Assembly (NCBI GenBank): GCA_964016885.1 | Contig: OZ024756.1 | Location: 10,168,001-10,232,000 of the forward strand | Length of the DNA stretch: 64,000 nt | Direction: 5' to 3' | Source: Eledone cirrhosa | Lineage: Eukaryota | Part shown: piece by piece, positions 10,040-21,100 of the stretch | Layout of the letters: every line of letters starts with the position of its first letter | Position numbering within the stretch: the stretch's first letter is position 1 | Translations under genes and position numbers: made by a program | The notes under the pieces: model-generated | What the model saw: only the letters and a program-made list of their open reading frames with translations | Database searches by the model: none | Told to the model about the DNA's origin: nothing

Positions 10040-10662
10040 TAGGCATGCTGACAAATATATTTTGCAATCTAGTTGACTTAATTAGCAGTGTAGGGAGCTG
10101 CTCTGAAAGATGAATAGCTAGAATAAAGATAGGATGGAAAAAGTTTAGAGAGCTACTGCAACAGTTGACCACAAAAGGTTTCTCTCTCTGTACAAAAGGA
10201 CAACTGTATGACACATGTGCAATGATGAATGGTAATGAAACAAGGGGTGACTGCAGAGGATATGTAGACTGGAGAGAAATGAAGCAACCATGCTTTGTAG
10301 GATATGTTGTGTAAGTGCGAGAGAAAGACAGAGCTTGGACAAGTTCAAGAAGAAACTGGGTTTAAGAGTGATCTGAAGTGGTGTGTAAGAGAGAACACTG
10401 TGTTTGTACGGTCATGTGATGAACATGGATAAAATACCACTGGGTGATGAAGTGCCAGAAAATCCCAGTAGAAGGAAGCCATAGAGGTAGACCAAGAAAG
10501 ACCTGGACAGAGGCTGTGTGAACTGACTTCAAATAACTAACTCTCACAGAGGACATGACAAAGGAACATGACGAGTTGAAAGATGCCATGTTGAGAAGGT
10601 CCTCTTCAACCAAGCATGGAAAAACGGACATAAAAACAGTGATGATGTTGATGAAGATGACG
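10040..10662 (+). mobile_element. Decayed RTE LINE 3' fragment (opposite orientation)
   Basis: Translates as FCNLVDLISSVGSCSE.*IARIKIGWKKFREL ... GRPRKTW, followed by CCAAGCATGGAAAAACGGAC and a GAT-like tail. Confidence 0.85.
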
Positions 10663-10860
10663 TACATATACACACATACATAATAAATAAATCAAACACA
10701 GATATGCACATACTTATATACAAACATATACATGGACACAAATTTCTACACACATACATTCACGTATGTAAATTCTGAATGATACAGTTTTGTCAGCACA
10801 AGTCTTGGTTACAACTTGTACAAATAAAATGAAAGGAGAAGAAATTCTTAGTAAAACAGT

Positions 10861-10866
10861 TTTATT
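10861..10866 (-). terminator. Candidate polyadenylation signal AATAAA of the zinc-finger gene
   Basis: TTTATT on the plus strand, about 90 bp beyond the last degenerate finger. The AT-rich context makes a chance match possible. Confidence 0.4.
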
Positions 10867-10954
10867 CAAAATATTAACATTGGTGGCACTATTTTAGGTG
10901 AGTGATATGGTTTTTATCTTGTCTAATTGTGTTGCATTAAGTAATCTTTACAAG

Positions 10955-13138
10955 AGAATGATTTATCACAGACATCACAGTGATATAGTTCCTCTCCTGT
11001 AGATGTTAGTGTGTAGTGAAGTCACAACATTTAGAGAAGCATTTACCACAGACATCATAGTGATATGGGTCCTATCCTGTATATATTAGTGTATAGTGAA
11101 GTCATAACATTTAAAAAATGATTTACCACAGATATCACAGTGATATGGTTCCTTTCCTGTATATGTTAGTGTCTAGTGAAGCCACATTTAGAGAAAGATT
11201 TACCAAATATATCAAAGGCTTCCCAGCTGTATGTATATGTTTGTGTGTAGTTAATGTAACATTCAAAGAGAATGATTTCCCTGAGAAGTCACAATGATAT
11301 GTATTTGTATTCTCATTAATTCACAAATTTGAGGGAATGATATATCACTGATGTCAATGCGTTATGATTTCTCTTCTGTATGTATAAGTTTGTGAGTAGT
11401 TAGGCTACTTTTCCCAGAGAATGATATACCACAGATATCACAGTGATATGGCTTGTCTCCTGTATGTATACGTTTGTGTCTAGTTAAGTGATTAATTTGA
11501 GAGAATGATTTACCACAGATATCACAGTGGTATGGTTTGTCTCCTGTATGGGTATGTACATGCTTAATTAAGTGACTTCTTCGAGAGAATGATTTGCCAC
11601 AGATATCAGTGATATGGCTTGTCTCCTGTATGTATACGTTTGTGTGTAGTTAAGTTACTACTTAGAGAGAATGATTTGCCACAGATATCACAGTGATATG
11701 GCTTGTCTCCTGTATGTGTATGTTTATGTGTAGTTAGGCTACTACTTACAGAGAATGATTTACCACAGATATCACAGTGATATGGCTTGTCTCCTGTATG
11801 TGTACGGTTATGTGTAGTTAGGTGACTACCTCTAGAGAATGATTTACCACAGATATCACAGTGGTATGGCTTGTCTCCTGTATGTATACGTTTATGCTTA
11901 ATTAAGGAACTACTTTCAGAGAATGATTTACCACAGATATCACAGTGATATGGCTTGTCTCCTGTATGTGTATGTTTATGTGTAGTTAGGTTACAACTTA
12001 CAGAGAATGATTTACCACAGATATCACAGTGATATGGCTTGTCTCCTGTATGTGTACGGTTATGTGTAGTTAGGTGACTACTTTCAGAGAATGATTTACC
12101 ACAGATATCACAGTGGTATGGCTTGTCTCCTGTATGTATACGTTTATGCTTAATTAAGGAACTACTTTCAGAGAATGATTTACCACAGATATCACAGTGA
12201 TATGGCTTGTCTCCTGTATGGGTACGTTTGTGGCTAGTTATTTGACTACTTCGAGAGAATGATTTGCCACAGATATCACAGTGATATGGCTTTTCTCCTG
12301 TATGTATACGTTTGTGTGTAGTTAAGTGATTAATTCGAGAGAATGATTTACCACAGATATCACAGTGGTATGGCTTGTCTCCTGTATGTATACGTTTGTG
12401 TGTAGTTAAGGAACTACTTTCAGAGAATGATTTACCACAGATATCACAGTGATATGGCTTGTCTCCTGTATGGGTACGTTTGTGGCTAGTTAAGTGACTA
12501 CTTACAGAGAATGATTTACCACAGATATCACAGTGATATGGCTTGTCTCCTGTATGTGTACGGTTATGTGTAGTTAGGTGACTACTTTCAGAGAATGATT
12601 TACCACAGATATCACAGTGGTATGGCTTGTCTCCTGTATGTATACGTTTATGCTTAATTAAGGAACTACTTTCAGAGAATGATTTACCACAGATATCACA
12701 GTGATATGGCTTGTCTCCTGTATGGGTACGTTTGTGGCTAGTTAAGTAACTACTTCGAGAGAATGATTTGCCACAGATATTGCACTGATATGGTTTCTTC
12801 CCTGTATGGGTATGTATGTGAGTATTTAAGTGACTACTTCGAGAGAATGATTTACTACAGATATTGCAGTGATATGGTTTCTCTCCTGTATGTATATGTT
12901 TGTGATTAATTAAGTTACTACTATCAGAGAATGATTTACCACAGATATCACAGTGATATGGCTTCTCCCCTGTATGTATATGTTTGTGAGTAGTTAAGGT
13001 ACTACTTTTATTGAATGATTTACCACAGATATCACAGTGATATGGCTACTCTTCTCTAACCTTCATCAGCTCACCAGGAATACTAAACGATTTCGATTGT
13101 GTTTCGCATTTAATCTTCTTTGTCAATTTATTTTCCAT
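10955..13138 (-). pseudogene. Tandem C2H2 (Krueppel-type) zinc-finger gene/pseudogene, about 25 finger units of 84 bp
   Basis: ATG at 13138 (MENKLTKKIKCETQSKSFSIPGELMKVREE), TAG at 13046-13048, then repeats of [12 protein letters not shown]....L..H...HTGDK. A 2-bp deletion near 11607 is followed by three more near-intact fingers in a shifted frame, then degenerate units. Confidence 0.92.
11606..13045 (-). CDS. Stop-to-stop open frame encoding 17 intact C2H2 zinc fingers (no internal start codon, so absent from the ORF track)
   Basis: Manual translation: 17 x 84 bp = 1428 bp from CCA at 13045 to CCA at 11617, all with C-x2-C-x12-H-x3-H and TG(D/E/K)KP linkers, ending PYH*. Confidence 0.85.
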   Translation of the reverse strand, partial: PYHCDICGKSFNKSSTLTTHKHIHTGEKPYHCDICGKSFSDSSNLINHKHIHTGEKPYHCNICSKSFSRSSHLNTHIHTHTGKKPYQCNICGKSFSRSSYLTSHKRTHTGDKPYHCDICGKSFSESSSLIKHKRIHTGDKPYHCDICGKSFSESSHLTTHNRTHTGDKPYHCDICGKSFSVSSHLTSHKRTHTGDKPYHCDICGKSFSESSSLTTHKRIHTGDKPYHCDICGKSFSRINHLTTHKRIHTGEKPYHCDICGKSFSRSSQITSHKRTHTGDKPYHCDICGKSFSESSSLIKHKRIHTGDKPYHCDICGKSFSESSHLTTHNRTHTGDKPYHCDICGKSFSVSCNLTTHKHTHTGDKPYHCDICGKSFSESSSLIKHKRIHTGDKPYHCDICGKSFSRGSHLTTHNRTHTGDKPYHCDICGKSFSVSSSLTTHKHTHTGDKPYHCDICGKSFSLSSNLTTHKRIHTGDKPYH

Positions 13139-13168
13139 AATTATTTCTTCTTCAACAGAATATACTTT

Positions 13169-13232
13169 TACTCGTAATATTTTTAATATTACTCGTAATA
13201 TTTTTAATATTACTCGTAATATTTTTAATATT
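13169..13232. repeat. 21-bp tandem repeat x3 (TACTCGTAATATTTTTAATAT)
   Basis: Three perfect copies about 30 bp upstream of the ZNF ATG. Confidence 0.92.
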
Positions 13233-13840
13233 ATATTTCTTATAAAAATATTTCTTCTTCTATATTTCCCTCAACTGTGATTTCAGTTAATATCTGAAGA
13301 TAATACAAACTTCTTTTTCATCCAAGTTTAGTTAAAATACAAAACCATCTCATAGTTAAGAAAATAAACTCAATTTTGAGGAAATATTTCACAGTAATAC
13401 GAGAGATTTATATAAACAGTGTTATATAAATTCTGTTAAAAAAGTTGTTGTCTTAAAATGATGATAAATAGAGGTGATGTATCCAAGATTGAAAATAATA
13501 ATTTATACCAATGTCATCTGATATTCTGAAATAAGAAAGAAACAGTTTGAGATAATACAGAATACTTCAGAAGCAGAGATAGATTTAAGTGGAAATCTTA
13601 CAATTTTCCCAGCGTTGAAGACGTTACTTTTTCCCTAATATAAGTTCCAAAAATCTACCATACGTCCTGGAGGCCGAAGGTTATTTATTATTTTTTTTCA
13701 AAAATGTTCATGACTTCGGCACTGGTAAATACGGTACCTTGGTAAACTGTAGAAATGTACCTGTCTGATGTTTATTTATATAAACCAAGGCTATATATAT
13801 GTCAAACTACAGCTGCACCATCACTATAGCGGTGTCATCT

Positions 13841-14116
13841 AGTACAGGGCCCCAAAACTGTGGTAACCTTGTGAGATGGGTTTGGCTCGGCCGACTGGCT
13901 ACCCTCCCCATAGTGGCGCAGCCAACTGGCCAGCCCTACTTGTAACCGTACCATTCAGTACCAGTCCCCATAATTATGAAAACTTCATGAAAAGGGTTTG
14001 GCCCATCTGGCTGGCCACCCCTCCTCATAATGGTGCCACCCAGTACCAGGCCCCAAAAGTATAGTTCCACTGTGAGATGGGTTCAGTGCAGCCAACTGGC
14101 CTGTCCCTCCTCATAA
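13841..14116. repeat. Degenerate GC-richer tandem repeat, about 3 copies of 85-115 bp
   Basis: CAGTAC.G.CCCCA.AA...TGAGATGGGTT.G...CTGGC...CCCTCC.CATA recurs at about 13841, 13956 and 14041. Confidence 0.65.
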
Positions 14117-14312
14117 CAGAGCCATCCAGTTCCACACTGTAAACATGGTTGGTGTTAAGAAGGGAATCAAGCTGTAGAATACCCGACCAAATTTACAGAC
14201 CTCGCCTGAGCCAGGTGCGACACATGGCCAACCCTGGCCAGACTTGCCTCCTGGCATGGATGACCCGTCTAACCCATGCAAGAATGAAAAAATGGACGTT
14301 AAATGGTGATGA
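14117..14312 (+). mobile_element. RTE/SINE 3'-end fragment
   Basis: CACACTGTAAACATGGTTGGTGTTAAGAAGGGAATCAAGCTGTAGAA and ACCCGTCTAACCCATGCAAG...GGACGTTAAATGGTGATGA match the RTE 3' UTR. Confidence 0.75.
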
Positions 14313-14329
14313 CACAGACATATATATAT

Positions 14330-14591
14330 GTCCCACCCACACTGGACATGTAAAAGACACAGCAAAAAGCACCGAGCCCACATTGTAAAGTGGACATGTA
14401 GGTGTCTTGGGAAATGCACCCAGACCACACTGTCAATGTGGTTGGCGTTAGGAAGGGCATCCAGTCGAAGAAAGCTAGCCAGAAACACCCCAATATGAGT
14501 GAGACACGGTCACCTGACACAAATTGCCTCTAAATGGGACCTGTCTAACCCATGCTAGCGTGGAAGATGGACGTTAATTGATGATGATGAT
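14330..14591 (+). mobile_element. RTE/SINE 3'-end fragment
   Basis: GTGGTTGGCGTTAGGAAGGGCATCCAG and CTGTCTAACCCATGCTAGCGTGGAAGATGGACGTTAATT(GAT)n. Confidence 0.8.
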
Positions 14592-14793
14592 ATATAATAA
14601 AATGTTGTAGTTTGCTTGAAGCATTCTATATAATATATAACGTTGAAAGAGATAGAAGGCTAAACAATGCAAAATGGACTGTAAGATGAGGTAACGAAAA
14701 GTAAAAGTTACCTGGTAATCTTTGTTTTGTTTTTTTGTTGTTGTTCTTTTATTTGTTGAATATTGCGGGACCTAAAAGTCCTTTCTCCAGGGT

Positions 14794-15018
14794 TTAACCC
14801 TTTAGCATTTACATTACTACATATATACTATTATATTTCCATGGTAAACGCTTTACCTCACATATGTCAAATAATAGCGATTCTATGTGATTTCTATATT
14901 ATTTATATTGAAAACAATACCATAACATCATTATGAGTGGCCAATTACGGCTGGTTTAAAACGAAAATGGGGACAAAATTCTGGCCACTTACGGCCAGTT
15001 TGAATGTTAAAGTGTTAA
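14794..15018. mobile_element. piggyBac-like MITE (non-autonomous), about 217 bp
   Basis: TTAA-CCCTTTAGCATT ... AATGTTAAAGTG-TTAA: imperfect terminal inverted repeats with TTAA target duplications (14794-14797, 15015-15018). Internal subterminal repeat GGCCA.TTACGGC..GTTT occurs twice. Confidence 0.75.
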
Positions 15019-15115
15019 GCAACTTTCATTGGATAATGTTCCAATTTCCTCTTTTTGGGATAAAATTTTGACTTTGATTAAAAAATTTTCTAAGTCATTT
15101 TCAAGCATTTTATAA

Positions 15116-18100
15116 AATTGATGGGAGCTATTAAGTAGGAAGACAGTTTAAAGTGATAAAAGCTGACCTCACACAATTGATGGAAGCTATGGAGTAAGAA
15201 GACCTAGTTTGAGGTGATAAAAGCTGACTTCACACAATTGATGGAAGCTATGGAGTAAGAAGACCTAGTTTGAGGTGATAAAAGATGACTTCACACAATT
15301 GATGGAAGCTATAGAGTAGGAAGACCTGGGATGAGGTGATAAAAGCTGACCTCACACAATTGATGGAAGCTATGGAGTAGGAAGACCTAGTTTGAGGTGA
15401 TAAAAGCTGACTTTACACAATTGATGGAAGCTATAGAGTAGGAAGACCTGGGATGAGGTGATAAAAGCTGACCTCACACAATTGATGGAAGCAATGGAGT
15501 AAGAAGACCTAGTTTGAGGTGATAAAAGCTGACTTCACACAATTGATGGACGCTATAGAGTAAGAAGACGTAATTTGAGGTGATAAAAGCTGACTTCACA
15601 CAATTGATGGAAGCTATAGAGTAGGAAGACCTAATTTGAGGTGATAAAAGCTGACTTCACACAATTGATGGAAGCTATGGAGTAAGAAGACCTAATTTGA
15701 GGTGATAAAAGCTGACTTCACACAATTGATGGAAGTCATAGAATAGGAAGACCTGGGATGAGGTGATAAAAGATGACCTCACACAATTGATGGAAGCTAT
15801 GGAGTAAGAAGACCTAGTTTGAGGTGATAAAAGCTGATCTCACACAATTGATGGAAGCTATAGAGTAGGAAGACCTGGGATGAGGTGATAAAAGCTGACT
15901 TCACACAATTGATGGAAGCTATGGAGTAAGAAGACCTAGTTTGAGGTGATAAAAGCTGACTTCACACAATTGATGGAAGCTATAGAGTAGGAAGACCTGG
16001 GATGAGGTGATAAAAGCTGACTTCACACAATTGATGGAAGCTATGGAGTAAGAAGACCTAGTTTGAGGTGATAAAAGCTGACTTCACACAATTGATGGAA
16101 GCTATAGAGTAGGAAGACCTGGGATGAGGTGATAAAAGCTGACCTCACACAATTGATGGAAGCAATGGAGTAAGAAGACCTAGTTTGAGGTGATAAAAGC
16201 TGACTTCACACAATTGATGGACGCTATAGAGTAAGAAGACGTAATTTGAGGTGATAAAAGCTGACTTCACACAATTGATGGAAGCTATAGAGTAGGAAGA
16301 CCTAATTTGAGGTGATAAAAGCTGACTTCACACAATTGATGGAAGTCATAGAATAGGAAGACCTGGGATGAGGTGATAAAAGCTGACTTCACACAATTGA
16401 TGGAAGCTATAGAGTAGGAAGACCTAGTTTGAGGTGATAAAAGCTGACTTCACACAATTGATGGAAGCTATGGAGTAAGAAGACCTAATTTGAGGTGATA
16501 AAAGCTGACTTCACACAATTGATGGAAGCTATAGAGTAGGAAGACCTAGTTTGAGGTGATAAAAGCTGACTTAACACAATTGATGGAAGCTATAGAGTAG
16601 GAAGACCTGGCATGAGGTGATAAAAGCTGACTTCACACAATTGATAGAAGCTATAGAGTAGGAAGACCTGGGATGAGGTGATAAAAGCCGACTTCACACA
16701 ATTGATGGAAGCTATGGAATAGGCAGACCTGGGATGAGGTGATAAAAGCTGACCTCACACAATTGATGGAAGCTATGGAGTAAGAACACCTAGTTTGAGG
16801 TGATAAAAGCTGACTTCACACAATTGATGGAAGCTATAGAGTAGGAAAACCTGGGATGAGGTGATAAAAGCTTACTTCACACAATTGATGGAAGCTATAG
16901 AGTAAGAAGACGTAATTTGAGGTGATAAAAGCTGACTTCACACAATTGATGGAAGCTATAGAGTAGGAAGACCTGGGATGGGGTGATAAAAGCTGACTTC
17001 ACACAATTGATGGAAGCTATGGAGTAAGAAAACCTAGTTTGAGGTGATAAAAGATGACTTCACACAATTGATGGAAGCTATAGAGTAGGAAGACCTGGGA
17101 TGAGGTGATAAAAGATGACCTCACACAATTGATGGAAGCTATGGAGTAAGAAGACCTAGTTTGAGGTGATAAAAGCTGATCTCACACAATTGATGGAAGC
17201 TATAGAGTAGGAAGACCTGGGATGAGGTGATAAAAGCTGACTTCACACAATTCATGGAAGCTATGGAGTAAGAAGACCTAGTTTGAGGTGATAAAAGCTG
17301 ACTTCACACAATTGATGGAAGCTATAGAGTAGGAAGACCTGGGATGAGGTGATAAAAGCTGACTTCACACAATTGATGGAAGCTATAGAGTAGGAAGACC
17401 TGGGATGAGGTGATAAAAGCTGACCTCACACAATTGATGGAAGCAATGGAGTAAGAAGACCTAGTTTGAGGTGATAAAAGCTGACTTCACACAATTGATG
17501 GAAGCTATAGAGTAGGAAGACCTGGGATGAGGTGATAAAAGCTGACTTCACACAATTGATGGAAGCTATAGAGTAAGAAGACCTAGTTTGAGGTGATAAA
17601 AGCTGACTTCACACAATTGATGGAAGCTATGGAGTAAGAAGACCTAGTTTGAGGTGATAAAAGCTGACTTCACACAATTGATGGAAGCTATGGAGTAAGA
17701 AGACCTAGTTTGAGGTGATAAAAGCTGACTTCACACAATTGATGGAAGTCATAGAATAGGAAGACCTGGGATGAGGTGATAAAAGCTGACTTCACACAAT
17801 TGATGGAAGCTATAGAGTAGGAAGACCTAGTTTGAGGTGATAAAAGCTGACTTCACACAATTGATGGAAGCTATGGAGTAAGAAGACCTAATTTGAGGTG
17901 ATAAAAGCTGACTTCACACAATTGATGGAAGCTATAGAGTAGGAAGACCTGGGATGGGGTGATAAAAGCTGACTTCACACAATTGATGGAAGCTATGGAG
18001 TAAGAAGACCTAGTTTGAGGTGATAAAAGCTGACTTCACACAATTGATGGAAGCTATGGAGTAGGAAGACCTAATTTGAGGTGATAAAAGCTGACTTCAC

Positions 18101-21100
18101 ACAATTGATGGAAGCTATAGAGTAGGAAGACCTGGGATGGGGTGATAAAAGCTGACTTCACACAATTGATGGAAGCTATAGAGTAGGAAGACCTAGTTTG
18201 AGGTGATAAAAGCTGACTTCACACAATTGATGGAAGCTATAGAGTAGGAACACCTGGCATGAGGTGATAAAAGCTGACTTCACACAATTGATAGAAGCTA
18301 TAGAGTAGGAAGACCTGGGATGAGGTGATAAAAGCCGACTTCACACAATTGATGGAAGCTATGGAATAGGCAGACCTGGGATGAGGTGATAAAAGCTGAC
18401 CTCACACAATTGATGGAAGCTATGGAGTAAGAACACCTAGTTTGAGGTGATAAAAGCTGACTTCACACAATTGATGGAAGCTATAGAGCAGGAAGACCTG
18501 GGATGGGGTGATAAAAGCTTACTTCACACAATTGATGGAAGCTATAGAGTAAGAAGACGTAATTTGAGGTGATAAAAGCTGACTTCACACAATTGATGGA
18601 AGCTATAGAGTAGGAAGACCTGGGATGGGGTGATAAAAGCTTACTTCACACAATTGATGGAAGCTATAGAGTAAGAAGACGTAATTTGAGGTGATAAAAG
18701 CTGACTTCACACAATTGATGGAAGCTATAGAGTAGGAAGACCTGGGATGGGGTGATAAAAGCTGACTTCACACAATTGATGGAAGCTATGGAGTAAGAAG
18801 ACCTAGTTTGAGGTGATAAAAGCTGACTTCACACAATTGATGGAAGCTATGGAGTAGGAAGACCTGGGATGGGGTGATAAAAGCTTACTTCACACAATTG
18901 ATGGAAGCTATAGAGTAAGAAGACGTAATTTGAGGTGATAAAAGCTGACTTCACACAATTGATGGAAGCTATAGAGTAGGAAGACCTGGGATGGGGTGAT
19001 AAAAGCTGACTTCACACAATTGATGGAAGCTATAGAGTAAGAAGACGTAATTTGAGGTGATAAAAGCTGACTTCACACAATTGATGGAAGCTATAGAGTA
19101 GGAAGACCTGGGATGGGGTGATAAAAGCTGACTTCACACAATTGATGGAAGCTATGGAGTAAGAAGACCTAGTTTGAGGTGATAAAAGCTGACTTCACAC
19201 AATTGATGGAAGCTATGGAGTAGGAAGACCTAATTTGAGGTGATAAAAGCTGACTTCACACAATTGATGGAAGCTATAGAGTAGGAAGACCTGGGATGGG
19301 GTGATAAAAGCTGACTTCACACAATTGATGGAAGCTATGGAGTAAGAAGACCTAGTTTGAGGTGATAAAAGCTGACTTCACACAATTGATGGAAGCTATA
19401 GAGTAGGAAGACTTGGGATGGGGTGATAAAAGCTGACTTCACACAATTGATGGAAGCTATAGAGTAGGAAGACCTAGTTTGAGGTGATAAAAGCTGACTT
19501 CACACAATTGATGGAAGCTATAGAGTAGGAAGACCTGGGGTGAGGTGATAAAAGCTGACTTCACACAATTGATAGAAGCTATGGAGTAAGAAGACCTAGT
19601 TTGAGGTGATAAAAGCTGACTTCAAACAATTGATGGAAGCTATAGAGTAGGAAGACCTAGTTTGAGGTGATAAAAGCTGACTTCACACAATTGATGGAAG
19701 CTATGGAGTAAGAAGACCTAGTTTGAGGTGATAAAAGCTGATCTCACACAATTGATGGAAGCTATAGAGTAGGAAGACCTGGGGTGAGGTGATAAAAGCT
19801 GACTTCACACAATTGATAGAAGCTATGGAGTAAGAAGACCTAGTTTGAGGTGATAAAAGCTGACTTCAAACAATTGATGGAAGCTATAGAGTAGGAAGAC
19901 CTAGTTTGAGGTGATAAAAGCTGACTTCACACAATTGATGGAAGCTATGGAGTAAGAAGACCTAGTTTGAGGTGATAAAAGCTGATCTCACACAATTGAT
20001 GGAAGCTATAGAGTAGGAAGACCTGGGATGAGGTGATAAAAGCTGACTTCACACAATTGATGGAAGCTATGAAGTAAGAAGACCTAGTTTGAGGTGATAA
20101 AAGCTGACTTCACACAATTGATGGAAGCTATAGAGTAGGAAGACCTGGGATGAGGTGATAAAAGCTGACCTCACACAATTGATGGAAGCTATGGAGTAAG
20201 AAGACCTAGTTTGAGGTGATAAAAGCTGATCTCACACAATTGATGGAAGCTATAGAGTAGGAAGACCTAGTTTGAGATGATAAAAGCTGACTTCACACAA
20301 TTGATGGAAGCTATAGAGTAGGAAGACCTGGGATGAGGTGATAAAAGCTGACCTCACACAATTGATGGAAGCTATGGAGTAAGAAGACCTAGTTTGAGGT
20401 GATAAAAGCTGACTTCACACAATTGATGGAAGCTATAGAGTAGGAAGACCTGGGATGAGGTGATAAAAGCTGACTTCACACAATTGATGGACGCTATAGA
20501 GTAAGAAGACGTAATTTGAGGTGATAAAAGCTGACTTCACACAATTGATGGAAGCTATGGAGTAAGAAGACCTAGTTTGAGGTGATAAAAGCTGACTTCA
20601 CACAATTGATGGAAGCTATGGAGTAGGAAGACCTAATTTGAGGTGATAAAAGCTGACTTCACACAATTGATGGAAGCTATAGAGTAGAAGACCTGGGATG
20701 GGGTGATAAAAGCTGACTTCACACAATTGATGGAAGCTATAGAGTAGGAAGACCTAGTTTGAGGTGATAAAAGCTGACTTCACACAATTGATGGAAGCTA
20801 TAGAGTAGGAAGACCTGGCATGAGGTGATAAAAGCTGACTTCACACAATTGATAGAAGCTATAGAGTAGGAAGACCTGGGATGAGGTGATAAAAGCCGAC
20901 TTCACACAATTGATGGAAGCTATGGAATAGGCAGACCTGGGATGAGGTGATAAAAGCTGACCTCACACAATTGATGGAAGCTATGGAGTAAGAACACCTA
21001 GTTTGAGGTGATAAAAGCTGACTTCACACAATTGATGGAAGCTATAGAGTAGGAAGACCTGGGATGAGGTGATAAAAGCTTACTTCACACAATTGATGGA

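Noticed and set aside
8602-10662. Single twin-primed (5'-inverted) RTE insertion
   Set aside because: Both fragments cover the same C-terminal region and each has its own 3' tail, indicating two independent insertions.
11400-13045. CRISPR-like array (constant repeat plus variable spacer, 84-bp period)
   Set aside because: The reverse strand translates into canonical C2H2 zinc fingers and the variable part is the recognition helix. No cas genes are present.
13690-13737. Possible pogo/Tc1-type terminal repeat (AAATACGGTA)
   Set aside because: Only one short end is visible and no matching opposite terminus was found.
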